Shown piece after piece: positions 8,075 to 18,204 of a DNA stretch of 64,000 nucleotides. The translations under genes and the position numbers were made by a program. How positions within the stretch are numbered: the stretch's first letter is position 1; each line of letters opens with the position of its first letter. The notes under the pieces are model-generated. The model saw only the letters and a program-made list of their open reading frames with translations. It had not been told where the DNA came from and did not search any database. Origin of the DNA: Bacteroidales bacterium (GTDB lineage Bacteria; Bacteroidota; Bacteroidia; Bacteroidales; UBA10428); contig JAFGSZ010000030.1 of NCBI GenBank assembly GCA_016934395.1, positions 4,089 through 68,088 of the forward strand, written 5' to 3'.

Positions 8075-9694
8075 CTACCCCATCAAACTCCCCAAAAACT
8101 CAGGCGCTTTCCGGTGCAAGGTTGCCTGCTCAAAAGCAAACGCCAGCTTTAGCAATACAGGCTCCGACCATGCTTTTCCGAAAAAGGATATTCCTACCGG
8201 CAGACCGTGAACAAAACCTGCAGGAACCGTTATGGCCGGATACCCCGATATTGCCGCGGGCGATGAGCTGCCCCCGCCAAAATGGTCGCCGTTTACCCAG
8301 TCTATGTTCCACGCCGGGCCGTTGGTGGGGCCGATTATGGCATCGAGGTTGTGTTGTTCCGTTAGGGCATCTATACCCTTTTTCCCTGTAATTTCCAGGG
8401 CATTATTCAGTGCTTCGAGGTATTCTTCACTATCCAGGGAACCTTTCTTTTGGGCTTCTATAAAAACATCCTGACCGAACCAGGGCATTTCCAGATCGCT
8501 GTTTTTCTCATTAAAAGTTATAATTTCTTCCAGGTTTTTTACCGGGGTATTTGGCCGTTCTTCCAGGTATTTGTTTAGCCCGTGTTTAAATTCATACATC
8601 AACAGGTTTATTTCGTAGCCGCCAAGTTTTCCCATTCCTTCAAATTTTACCGGATCGATAATTTCAGCGCCTTTTGCCTTCATTGCTTCCAGGGCTTCCT
8701 CAAAAAGTTGGTCTACCAGGGGGTGAAAACCCAGAAAATCCCGGGCCACTCCAATACGGGCGCCTGCCAGTCCATTGGGGTCGAGAAATGCGGTATAATC
8801 AGTAAAAAAATTTCCTGCTGATGCTTCAGTTGAGGTATCGTTAGTATCAACCCCGGTAATCGCCCCGAGTAAAATGGCTGCATCTTTAACGGTACGGGCC
8901 ATAGGGCCGGCCGTATCCTGGGTGTGCGAAATCGGTATAATCCCCTGCCTTGACCAAAGGCCTACGGTGGGTTTAATCCCTACAATACCATTAATTCCCG
9001 AAGGACAAACAATAGAACCGTTGGTTTCTGTGCCTATAGTGAGGGTACACAGGTTTGCCGCGGTTGCAGCGCCCGAACCGGAACTTGACCCGCAGGGGGT
9101 ACGGTCGAGCATATAGGGATTTCGCACCTGGCCGCCACGTCCGCACCATCCGCTGGAGGAATAAAAAGACCGAAAATTGGCCCACTCGCTGAGGTTGGTT
9201 TTTCCAAGCAGCACAGCGCCTGCAGTGCGCAACTGTTTCACAATAAACGCATCTTCGGGAGCAATAAATCCTTCAAGGGCTAAAGAGCCTGCCGTGGTTT
9301 GCATCCGGTCGCCCGTATCGATATTGTCTTTTATCATTACCGGGATACCATGTAACGGCCCCCGGACTTTTCCGGCTTTTCGTTCTTCATCAAGTTGCCG
9401 GGCAATTTCAAGTGCATCCGGGTTGAGTTCAATTACAGCGCGGAGTGTCGGCCCGACATTGTCAATTTCTTCAATACGGTTGAGGTATTTTTTAGTAATG
9501 GCTTCAGAAGTCAGTTTACCGGAGTGCATTTTCTCCTGCAGGATATTAATGGTGGTTTCATTCAGGTCAAATGAAGAAAAATCAGCAGCAGATCCTTGCT
9601 TTTTTTTGTCAGGGGGCTGACAGGATTGTATGGGCGCCAAGGCAAATGCGCCTGCACCCAAAACGGTTGATTTAAAAAAATTGCGTCTTTTCAT
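8075..9694 (-). CDS. Amidase (amidase-signature family), Tat/Sec-exported
   Basis: GGSSSGSGAATAA amidase signature. The N-terminus MKRRNFFKSTVLGAGAFALAP is twin-arginine-like. Visibly more GC-rich than its neighbours, which explains the many antisense ORFs in the track. Confidence 0.9.
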   Translation of the reverse strand: MKRRNFFKSTVLGAGAFALAPIQSCQPPDKKKQGSAADFSSFDLNETTINILQEKMHSGKLTSEAITKKYLNRIEEIDNVGPTLRAVIELNPDALEIARQLDEERKAGKVRGPLHGIPVMIKDNIDTGDRMQTTAGSLALEGFIAPEDAFIVKQLRTAGAVLLGKTNLSEWANFRSFYSSSGWCGRGGQVRNPYMLDRTPCGSSSGSGAATAANLCTLTIGTETNGSIVCPSGINGIVGIKPTVGLWSRQGIIPISHTQDTAGPMARTVKDAAILLGAITGVDTNDTSTEASAGNFFTDYTAFLDPNGLAGARIGVARDFLGFHPLVDQLFEEALEAMKAKGAEIIDPVKFEGMGKLGGYEINLLMYEFKHGLNKYLEERPNTPVKNLEEIITFNEKNSDLEMPWFGQDVFIEAQKKGSLDSEEYLEALNNALEITGKKGIDALTEQHNLDAIIGPTNGPAWNIDWVNGDHFGGGSSSPAAISGYPAITVPAGFVHGLPVGISFFGKAWSEPVLLKLAFAFEQATLHRKAPEFLGSLMG

Positions 9695-9975
9695 ACTACA
9701 GGGAGGGTTAAATTCAGGTTGAACATAATAATTATAAAGTTGTATAAATATACAGAAATAAATTTGATGACTATTGGATTTGTAAAATGATCAGGATCAA
9801 ATAAATTGAAAAATGTCCTGATTTGCCGGATCAATAATATACAGTTTTTGTGTACTTTTAAGCTCATAATATTTATCATCATGAAACGACCATGACAATT
9901 TGTTTAACACAAACAGGAAATACTAAAATTTTGCGAGTTACTTCTGATACCGTTAAAAATTTAAAATTTAATTAG

Positions 9976-11070
9976 ATGAAACATAACTACTTTTTACTGC
10001 TTACAGGAATTTTTATTTTTGCTTTCTTCGGTAAGGTTTTTTCGCAGACAGAAGGAAGTTTACTGCAGGAAGAAATTAAAGGATTAAAAGAAAATAATGA
10101 GAATATAAACCACCGGATCGATCGTTTGGAAAAAATGGCGGACGACCTGCTTTGGTATGAAAAGGTAGGAGACATTGCTTATGTTGATAAAGCTTATATC
10201 TGCGGCCCCCCCCAATGGAAGGAAGAAAATCCCACTGCTCCCGGGGCCGGGAATCCAACTAAATTCTGGACTTATGTGTTTGTTCCGAAAAATATAAATC
10301 CGGATAAAAAATACCCGCTGATCGTGTTCCCTCATGGAGGCGTTCATGCCGATTTTACCACCTATTATACCCACATTGTGCGTGAACTGATAAGCCAGGG
10401 ATATGTGATTGTTGCAGCGGAATACAGAGGCAGTACCGGATATGGGCGGGATTTTTATGAAAAAATTGATTATGGCGGGCTGGAAACTGAAGATGTGTTT
10501 GCTTCACGGAATTATGTACTGGAGAATTATTCTTTTGCAGACCCGAAAAGGGTGGGCATAATCGGCTGGAGCCACGGAGGAATGATCACGTTGTTTAATA
10601 TATTTGATCATCCCAGCGATTACCAGTGTGCATTTGCAGGTGTTCCGGTTAGTGATATCATTTCGAGGATGGGATATATGACCCAGGATTACCGCGATTT
10701 GTATTCTGCAGATTATCATATCGGTCAAACAGCATACGAGAATGTGGAAGAATACCGGAGGCGTTCCCCGGCATGGAATACGGAAAAATTTAAGAATACC
10801 CCCTTACTGATCCATACCAATACCAATGATGAGGATGTAAATGTGCTTGAGGTGGAACATCTTATAAAATCACTCAAAGCAGACGGGAAAAAATTTGAAT
10901 ACGAAATTTTTAAAGATCAGCCCGGCGGGCATTCGTTTGACCGGCTGGATATTAAAACCGCACGGGAGATCAGGGTGAATATATACATTTTTCTTAACAG
11001 ATACCTTACACCGGAAAGCCCGATAAAAAACCTTAGTGACCTGAACAGGGCAGGATACCGGTTTAATTAA
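9976..11070 (+). CDS. S9 prolyl-oligopeptidase / alpha-beta hydrolase family serine peptidase
   Basis: Signal peptide, nucleophile elbow GWSHGG, C-terminal D...GGH catalytic context. Confidence 0.85.
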   Translation: MKHNYFLLLTGIFIFAFFGKVFSQTEGSLLQEEIKGLKENNENINHRIDRLEKMADDLLWYEKVGDIAYVDKAYICGPPQWKEENPTAPGAGNPTKFWTYVFVPKNINPDKKYPLIVFPHGGVHADFTTYYTHIVRELISQGYVIVAAEYRGSTGYGRDFYEKIDYGGLETEDVFASRNYVLENYSFADPKRVGIIGWSHGGMITLFNIFDHPSDYQCAFAGVPVSDIISRMGYMTQDYRDLYSADYHIGQTAYENVEEYRRRSPAWNTEKFKNTPLLIHTNTNDEDVNVLEVEHLIKSLKADGKKFEYEIFKDQPGGHSFDRLDIKTAREIRVNIYIFLNRYLTPESPIKNLSDLNRAGYRFN

Positions 11071-11097
11071 ATATTCAACAGGTAAAAACCAGCAGTT

Positions 11098-11436
11098 TTA
11101 TTCGATAATTTTTACCGATCTCAGTTCTGCTGGTGTTATCGAAGGCAATTGATTATTTTGAATTTTATGAATAACCATTTTACCCACTTTTCTTGCTGAA
11201 CTTTTATCTGTAAATGGTATATTACCCTGAATGGCCGGTATGAATGGCTGATGGATGAGAATATTGTTGTTTTTTACTATTTGATAGCCATATCCATTGT
11301 CTGAAGGAAAAACCTGTAGCCCATAACTCAACCTACTGCTAACAAGAAAAGGCTTTGTGTGATAGGCTACAGAGAATAATACTGAAAATCCAACCCCTGC
11401 AAAAAATAACAGATATTTCTTATTAATCATATTCAT
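11098..11436 (-). CDS. Small secreted protein (DUF4907-like)
   Basis: The track ORF begins at 11508, inside the upstream gene. I prefer the internal start MNMINKKYLLFFAGVGFSVLFSV (signal peptide) at 11436. Lying downstream of a Kelch lipoprotein is typical for this family. Confidence 0.5.
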   Translation of the reverse strand: MNMINKKYLLFFAGVGFSVLFSVAYHTKPFLVSSRLSYGLQVFPSDNGYGYQIVKNNNILIHQPFIPAIQGNIPFTDKSSARKVGKMVIHKIQNNQLPSITPAELRSVKIIE

Positions 11437-12433
11437 TGTATTCGCTGTCGGGTTCAAAGGCCCAAATATCATCGAAATAATAGCTGCTGCTCCGGCCTGT
11501 AGTAACATATCCTCTGGTGCCTATTGAAAATCCAACACCTTCAATGCGGGCGCTGCCTTCAAAATTATGTTTTTCCTCCCATAAATCCGTAATCGGATCA
11601 TATTCCCATACTTCAATTCCGGTTGCACCTGCACCTCCGGTGGCGAGGTATCCTTTTCCGTTTATAGCAAAACCGACTTTATTTATACCGACAATCGTAG
11701 AATAATCATTATCAAAATCTTCATCTGTGGCATTTGATATAGATTTTTTTTCTGTCCAAACATCGGTATCAGGATCATATTCCCAGAAATCGTCTATATA
11801 TATTCCATTATTTACCCCCGTGCATGCATATCCCAAGCCATTTATTACAAAGGCAGTGGCATCCCTTCTTTTGCTACCGCCAATACTGACTTTCTGATTC
11901 CAGTCTTTGGTGGAGGGATTATACGCCCAGAAATCTTTCAGGTAATTGCCGTCATATCCCGAACCCACATATACAATATTGTTAATTGAAAAGCAAAGGG
12001 CACCGTATCGTGCTGATCCGGCAAAATCTGTTATCTGTATCCAGGTATTGGCAGAGGGATTAAATTCATAAAAATCACCTAATTTATTAATTCCGTCATA
12101 ACCTGTACCAATATAGCCTTTTGTGTCGGTTCCGCACCCTATGGCGCCATTTCGCGGTACACCCGGAAAATCAGCTTTCTGGGTCCATGTATTTCGGTCA
12201 GGATCGTATTCCCAAAAGTCATTAAGTCTTTCGGTCCCGTCATAACCAGTACCTACATATCCCTTACTTCCAATAGCAAATCCAACGGCATCGTTTCTGG
12301 GAACACCATCAAAATCTGACAGTTCTATCCAGTTACCTGATAATTCATCATCATCATCATTGTCACTACAGGATAAAAACATACCTGAAATACCTAAAAA
12401 AACTACAAGATATTTTAATTTATAAATTGCCAT
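11423..12433 (-). CDS. Kelch-repeat beta-propeller lipoprotein
   Basis: About six repeats of GY.GTGYDG....DFWEYDP. I prefer the start at MAIYKLKYLVVFLGISGMFLSCSD (lipobox Cys), 42 nt inside the track ORF. Confidence 0.8.
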   Translation of the reverse strand: MAIYKLKYLVVFLGISGMFLSCSDNDDDDELSGNWIELSDFDGVPRNDAVGFAIGSKGYVGTGYDGTERLNDFWEYDPDRNTWTQKADFPGVPRNGAIGCGTDTKGYIGTGYDGINKLGDFYEFNPSANTWIQITDFAGSARYGALCFSINNIVYVGSGYDGNYLKDFWAYNPSTKDWNQKVSIGGSKRRDATAFVINGLGYACTGVNNGIYIDDFWEYDPDTDVWTEKKSISNATDEDFDNDYSTIVGINKVGFAINGKGYLATGGAGATGIEVWEYDPITDLWEEKHNFEGSARIEGVGFSIGTRGYVTTGRSSSYYFDDIWAFEPDSEYNEYD

Positions 12434-12718
12434 TTTGTATCTGTTTAAAATTGGAATTTTTAAAATACTCGCCAAACATACTGATTAGCGTATTGGAACA
12501 AAAATGAAATAGATATACTCAGGATAAGATTCGACAAACTGGATGATGTAATCGACATGATGGTTTAATGATACTAAATAATGGATTTCAGAGTCCTTTA
12601 AACAGGTTATATAGATTTATTGTCTGAATGTCGACACATTTTGGTGATTGGTATACTTGAGTTTTCCAGGTTAAAAAGATTCTGTTGATTTGCCGGATAA
12701 TAATTTACCAGAATCCGA

Positions 12719-14095
12719 ATGAAAAAACACATTCCAACTAGATTTATTTATACTTTTTTAAAGTATAAAATTATATTTTCATTCTGTTCGGCTGTTATAT
12801 TTTTTACAGGGCTGATAATAATACAATCGTGCGGAGAACAGGAAAATACATTTACAATCGGTTCAACTTTTCTGGAACAAAACTCCAGGGTAGTATTAAT
12901 AGATACATTCCGGGTTGAGCTATCCACTGTTCAGTTCGACTCCATTGCTACTTCAGGTACAGGCGTTGCTTTATGCGGAAGGTATTCGGATAATGAATTT
13001 GGGATTATTGAATGTAAAAGTTTTTTTCAAATCGGAATACCCTCAAGCAGCATTATTGAAAATAATGAGGTGTATGATTCTGTTACTATTATGCTGACAT
13101 TTTCCGGGTATACTTATGGTGATACTATTCCGAATCAAAAAATACAGGTGCATCAGTTAACAGAGAATATTGTTGCAGACAATTCCGGTTACCTGTATAA
13201 TACCTCCTCAGTTGATTATAAAGAAGAGCCAATTGGATTTACAGTCTTTAAACCATGGGTAAATATTTATGAAAGTATTGAATTTAGAATTGATGATAAT
13301 TTGGGACTGGAGTTGTTTGAAATGCTTAAATACAATGCCAGTCAGGTATCTTCAAATGAAGCATTTACAGAATATTTTAAAGGTTTGGTGATTACCACAG
13401 ATGAAAATGATCATGGTGTAATTGTAGGTTTTAATGCAGGTGAAGGGGCGATAAGTTTAACGTTATATTCACATATTGTAAAAGAAAATCTGATAGAAAA
13501 CAGTTACGATTTTACATTATATAATTATTATCAGCAATTCAATCAGATTAATTACGACAGGTCCGGCACCCTTTTAAGCGATTTAACTGTGCAGGACGAT
13601 GACATCCCCTCCATAGAAACAGAGGATAAAACGTTTATTCAGAGCGGTACAGGATTAGTTACCAAAATCCAGTTTCCGACACTTGGAGAGTTTCTATTAA
13701 TGGAAAATAGTGCTATGCTCAAAGCTGAATTGGTTATTGCTCCGGTAATAAATAATTATACAAGATCTATATTGCCCGATAGTGTGATAATTATTCGTAC
13801 GGATATAATAAACAGGACACTTAGCCAGCTATATAATAATGAAGGAGAGAAAGTAACCGGAAAATTTATTCAGGATGATCAGTATAACGAACAAACGAGC
13901 TATACTTTTGATATTACAGATTTTTTGCAGGCAGAATTAAAGGATTCATATTTCGATTATTCTAAGGGTTTACTTCTGGCTTTTCCTGAAAATACATTCA
14001 TCTCTAAGTTGAACACATTAATAATTGAATCGGATTCGAAAGAATTTAATGCTCCCCGGTTAAAAATTCAGGTTCTTGTATATGATGAAGAATAA
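12719..14095 (+). CDS. Hypothetical lipoprotein (DUF4270-like)
   Basis: Signal anchor with IIQSCGEQ lipobox, 458 aa. The family assignment is from memory of Bacteroidota DUF4270 proteins and is not verified. Confidence 0.55.
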   Translation: MKKHIPTRFIYTFLKYKIIFSFCSAVIFFTGLIIIQSCGEQENTFTIGSTFLEQNSRVVLIDTFRVELSTVQFDSIATSGTGVALCGRYSDNEFGIIECKSFFQIGIPSSSIIENNEVYDSVTIMLTFSGYTYGDTIPNQKIQVHQLTENIVADNSGYLYNTSSVDYKEEPIGFTVFKPWVNIYESIEFRIDDNLGLELFEMLKYNASQVSSNEAFTEYFKGLVITTDENDHGVIVGFNAGEGAISLTLYSHIVKENLIENSYDFTLYNYYQQFNQINYDRSGTLLSDLTVQDDDIPSIETEDKTFIQSGTGLVTKIQFPTLGEFLLMENSAMLKAELVIAPVINNYTRSILPDSVIIIRTDIINRTLSQLYNNEGEKVTGKFIQDDQYNEQTSYTFDITDFLQAELKDSYFDYSKGLLLAFPENTFISKLNTLIIESDSKEFNAPRLKIQVLVYDEE

Positions 14096-14106
14096 ACTAT
14101 GAAACT

Positions 14107-15339
14107 ATGAAACTAAAATATTTAATTGTACTGTTTTTATCCGCTATTTCTTATACTCTTTATTCTCAGATAACAAGCTCACCCTATTCCATTTTTGGTA
14201 TTGGAAACATCGAGACCGGAGGATTTGGAGCTAATGCAGCTATGGGGGGGACAGGCATAGCCTTTAAGAGTTCAGGTTCTTTAAATAATCTAAATCCTGC
14301 ATCATATGGTGGAATAGACAGTTTATCGGTTTTTTTTGAACTGGGGATTTTCGGGAAAACTACAATATATAAAACAGCAACTGAATCACAAAACAGGTTT
14401 GATGCCAACTTAAAATATCTGGCTGCCGGATTTAGAGTAACACGTTGGTGGGCCGGGAGTTTTGGTATCATCCCTTTTAGCAGTGTAGGGTATTCTATTA
14501 ATACCACCAACATCTACGAGGGAACAATATATTCCTTTGAAAGACAATATACCGGAAAGGGGGGAATCAATAAATTTTACATAGGGAATTCGTTAAAACC
14601 ATTTAAGAATTTTTTCATGGGTTTTCACGCATCATACCTTTTCGGTTCTATTATCAACAATGAAATTGTGGATGCCACAGAAAACATTAATGCCTATAAG
14701 ATAACACAAACACAATATTTAAATAATTTTTACCTGGATTATGGAATACAATATCAATTTAATCTTGGGAAACTAAACTACGGGATAGGTCTAACTTATA
14801 GTAACCAAAGAAAATTAAAGACCGATAATATAGTGGAAGTAGCTTTTGGAATAGATACTATTTCTATTGAGCCCGAAAATTTCAAGACTTTTTTTCTCCC
14901 GGAAAGTTACGGGATTGGAATTTCTGTGGAAAAGGAGAACAGGTTTAGGGTGGGACTGGATTACACATTCAGCAGATGGTCGGCAATGAGTTTTTCAAAT
15001 CCCCTTTTAGAGGTAAAAGATAATGAAAGAATTTCTGTTGGTATGGAATATACACCGCGTCAACGACGCAATGAAACCGGCATTAAGGCTTTGTATTACA
15101 GGATTGGAGGATTTTATAATTCATCGTATCTTGAGATTGAAAATCAACCGATCGATTCAAAGGCTATTACATTTGGCCTGGGTATCCCTTTAAGGCAGGA
15201 TTTAAGTATGATAAATCTGTCTTTTGAGCTGGGAGATCTTGGTACCACACAAAAAGGACTAATAAGGGAATTTTACGGACTGTTACATGTAAATATTACC
15301 TTACGCGACTTATGGTTTATGAAAAGGAAAATTAAATAA
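14107..15339 (+). CDS. Outer-membrane beta-barrel protein (porin/FadL-like)
   Basis: Signal peptide, mature N-terminus SPYSIFGIGN, alternating aromatic/Gly-rich strands, and a C-terminal aromatic-containing strand. Confidence 0.6.
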   Translation: MKLKYLIVLFLSAISYTLYSQITSSPYSIFGIGNIETGGFGANAAMGGTGIAFKSSGSLNNLNPASYGGIDSLSVFFELGIFGKTTIYKTATESQNRFDANLKYLAAGFRVTRWWAGSFGIIPFSSVGYSINTTNIYEGTIYSFERQYTGKGGINKFYIGNSLKPFKNFFMGFHASYLFGSIINNEIVDATENINAYKITQTQYLNNFYLDYGIQYQFNLGKLNYGIGLTYSNQRKLKTDNIVEVAFGIDTISIEPENFKTFFLPESYGIGISVEKENRFRVGLDYTFSRWSAMSFSNPLLEVKDNERISVGMEYTPRQRRNETGIKALYYRIGGFYNSSYLEIENQPIDSKAITFGLGIPLRQDLSMINLSFELGDLGTTQKGLIREFYGLLHVNITLRDLWFMKRKIK

Positions 15340-15423
15340 ATATCCAAAAGAATCTTTAATCATGTATTTATTGGGATAGTTCAAACACCGGTCAGAAATA
15401 AAATTTAAAACTCTTGACCTGGT

Positions 15424-16143
15424 TTAAAGCCTGAAATGGCTTAGGTGTTCATAAAATTCATCTTTATATTGTTTCCCAATAGGAATAAGTTTTTTAAAAA
15501 TTACAATGCGGTTATTTTCAATACGCTCAATTTTCTGAATTGAAATAATAAATGATTTGTGCACCCTGATAAACCGGTCAGAAGGTAATTTTTCCTCCAT
15601 ATTCTTCATAGTAGTTTTTGTAAGCAGGGTTTCATGGGGCAGAAATATTTTCACATAATCCTTTAATCCTTCAACAAAAAGTATATCCTCCAGATTTACT
15701 TTAACCGTGCTGTATTCTACTTTTATCATCAGATAGTCGGGAACAGACTTTTCCGTATTCTTATTTTTAGTATTACCCTGATTTTTTCTTAGATGATATA
15801 ATTCATTTGCTTTATTGGCCGATTTAAAAAAACGTTCAAACGAAATTGGTTTAACAAGGTAATCTACTGCATTTAGATCAAATCCATCCAGGGCATGGTT
15901 TGAATATGCGGTAGTAAATATTACCATTGGGGGATTTTTTAGTGTTTTAACAAATTCCAGTCCTGTAATATGAGGCATTTGAATGTCGAGATAAATAAGA
16001 TCGATTTTTTGTTCCTGCATTATTTTAATAGCTTCGAATGCATTGGTACATTTAGCTTCCAAACTAAGAAAGGGGATTTTATTGACAAAATCTTCAATAA
16101 TATTTAATGCCAGTGGCTCGTCATCCACACAAATACATCTCAT
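15424..16143 (-). CDS. LytTR-family response regulator
   Basis: REC domain (DDEP...D..MP) plus a C-terminal LytTR DNA-binding domain (IRVHKSFII). 4-nt overlap with the upstream kinase gene. Confidence 0.9.
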   Translation of the reverse strand: MRCICVDDEPLALNIIEDFVNKIPFLSLEAKCTNAFEAIKIMQEQKIDLIYLDIQMPHITGLEFVKTLKNPPMVIFTTAYSNHALDGFDLNAVDYLVKPISFERFFKSANKANELYHLRKNQGNTKNKNTEKSVPDYLMIKVEYSTVKVNLEDILFVEGLKDYVKIFLPHETLLTKTTMKNMEEKLPSDRFIRVHKSFIISIQKIERIENNRIVIFKKLIPIGKQYKDEFYEHLSHFRL

Positions 16144-17273
16144 TGTTTTAAGTATAAGGTTAAATGCACATGATACAAATCCTGTCCATCATTAATGTTC
16201 AGCTTATAATCACCAGGGTACAATAATTCCAAACGTCTGTTTATATTTTTTATTCCAATACCCGAAGCGTTTTCATTATTTTTTTTTGGAGAAAAAACCT
16301 TTTTATTTCTCACATCAAAGCTTAGTCTTTTATCTGTGATATTAATTTGAATATCTATAAAGGAATTATTCACATTGTCAGTACCATATTTAAAAGCATT
16401 TTCAATTAAAGGTATAAGCAAAAGAGGTTCAATTTTAAATGAATCAGGATTACCTTTAAGGGTATAGTTAACCGATACTTTGTCGGTGAGCCTGAGCTTC
16501 TGAAGTTCGATATAATTATGTATAACTTCCAGTTCTTCGGAGAAATACACCAGTTTACTGTTGGTTTCATAAAGCATATACCGTAAAATCGATGATAACT
16601 TTAGAATGGTATCTGTTGTTTTTTCTGATTTACTAATGGAAAGCGAGTATATACTATTCAGGGAATTAAATAGAAAATGTGGATTTACTTGTTTTTTTAG
16701 GTATGATAGTTCTGCGGCGATATTTTCTTTTTCGGTTTCCGATTTTATTTTTTCATCTTCCGACCATTTTAATAGTAATCTCAACACAGTACTACTGAGA
16801 AAAATTAATAAAATTCCATAGCTTGAAAAAAGCATTCTTCTGCCATCAAATATCTTCTTGTTAAAGGGACGGGATATTTCGCCTTCTTTTCTTATAAAAT
16901 CTTTATTAATTTCAGGAAACGCTTTACGTAATTCGTCAAATGAACGCTCAAACCGGGCAGGTTTCAATTTCTCAAAATGGTTGTTCTCGAATTGGCTTTT
17001 AAGAAAGAATATTCCGAATATCAGGACAAGAGAACATAATACATAGAGGAACAATTTTTTTCTAAAAAGTAGTCCCGGTATAAATAACATGTAATTAATA
17101 TAAAAGACAATAATATATAAAATCCACACTTTAAAATGAAACCAGAAATCAACATTTATACGATAGTTACTTATGGTTAAAAAGCTCAACAGAAAAAACA
17201 GGAGCCAGGCCAATCCGTGAAACAGAAATGTTTTATATGACTGGATCAGAAAACCTTGTTTTACTTTAATCAT
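16140..17273 (-). CDS. LytS-type sensor histidine kinase (His_kinase/HATPase)
   Basis: Multi-TM N-terminus, NPHFLFNSLNSI phospho-acceptor box, C-terminal ATPase motifs (ENAFKYG, GIGIKN). Confidence 0.85.
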   Translation of the reverse strand: MIKVKQGFLIQSYKTFLFHGLAWLLFFLLSFLTISNYRINVDFWFHFKVWILYIIVFYINYMLFIPGLLFRKKLFLYVLCSLVLIFGIFFLKSQFENNHFEKLKPARFERSFDELRKAFPEINKDFIRKEGEISRPFNKKIFDGRRMLFSSYGILLIFLSSTVLRLLLKWSEDEKIKSETEKENIAAELSYLKKQVNPHFLFNSLNSIYSLSISKSEKTTDTILKLSSILRYMLYETNSKLVYFSEELEVIHNYIELQKLRLTDKVSVNYTLKGNPDSFKIEPLLLIPLIENAFKYGTDNVNNSFIDIQINITDKRLSFDVRNKKVFSPKKNNENASGIGIKNINRRLELLYPGDYKLNINDGQDLYHVHLTLYLKQ

Positions 17274-17534
17274 TAATCAGGAGTTTTTATAGTTTATTAT
17301 TCCACGATCCAATACACATTTGCTGATTATTTTTAATAATAATTCAAAAGTAGAAAGCTTAATCAGATGTAGAAAATATAATAGACGAACTCTATAAATC
17401 TGTAGACGTCCGAAAAAATATTTTTGCAGTATGAAATGGAATTTTATTAATTTCAGGTAATTTTTAAACCCCATAAAATTTATATTTCAAATTTGTATCA
17501 ATACTTTCAAAATTAAACTTTTAAACCTGAAATT

Positions 17535-18170
17535 ATGAAGACCACCATTATTCTTTTTCTTGCCATGCTTTTTACTTCCAATTGTTTTGCCCAATCAGGC
17601 GAAACCATATCTTTACCGGAACCACAAAAAGAGGGGGGGATGCCATTGATGCAGGCATTAAACCAGCGGCATTCATCGCGTAATTTTATAGACAAAAATC
17701 TGTCTGATCAGCAACTTTCGGATCTTTTATGGTGTGCTTACGGTGTTAACCGTGAAGGTGAAGGGAAACGCACTGCTCCAAGTGCACATAACCGACAGGA
17801 AATTGACGTATATGTAATTAAAGCAGACGGGGCTTTTTTATACGATGCAAAAAATAATCAACTGTTGCAGATTCTGTCAGATGATATCAGGGCAGCAACC
17901 GGAACACAGAATTATGTAAAAGATGCCGCAATTAACCTGCTGTATGTGCTCGATAAAAGCAAGGTACCCGGTGATGATGAAAATGGAAAATTAATGAATG
18001 CTATGGTAGCTACAGGGGCTATTGTACAAAATGTTTATCTGTATTCCGCATCTGAAGGTTTGGGCACTGTTGTAAGAGGTTCGTTTGATGGGGAAAAACT
18101 TGCGGAAATCCTGAAACTTAAACCTGAACAGCAGGTTATTATGTCTCAGACGGTGGGTTACACAAAATAA
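17535..18170 (+). CDS. Nitroreductase-family protein with signal peptide
   Basis: RHSSRNF motif and 211 aa, a typical size for the nitroreductase fold. Confidence 0.75.
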   Translation: MKTTIILFLAMLFTSNCFAQSGETISLPEPQKEGGMPLMQALNQRHSSRNFIDKNLSDQQLSDLLWCAYGVNREGEGKRTAPSAHNRQEIDVYVIKADGAFLYDAKNNQLLQILSDDIRAATGTQNYVKDAAINLLYVLDKSKVPGDDENGKLMNAMVATGAIVQNVYLYSASEGLGTVVRGSFDGEKLAEILKLKPEQQVIMSQTVGYTK

Positions 18171-18204
18171 AGACCATTTTTACAGGATAGCCGCCTGTTG
18201 CCGA

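Noticed and set aside
8002-9620. Many 60-147-aa ORFs on both strands overlapping the amidase gene (e.g. 8002-8391, 8232-8474, 8874-9116, 9177-9620)
   Set aside because: They overlap a 539-aa gene that has a clear amidase signature. The elevated GC content lowers stop-codon frequency in the other frames, and none of these ORFs has a recognisable motif.
12541-12600. Possible degenerate 13th motif copy upstream of the DUF4270-like gene (GGATGATGTAAT ... GTCCTTTA)
   Set aside because: Only the first half-site matches well. The distal ATGTGT is absent, the second repeat matches at 5-7 of 12 positions only after a 1-nt shift, and the spacing to the box is off by ~3 nt.
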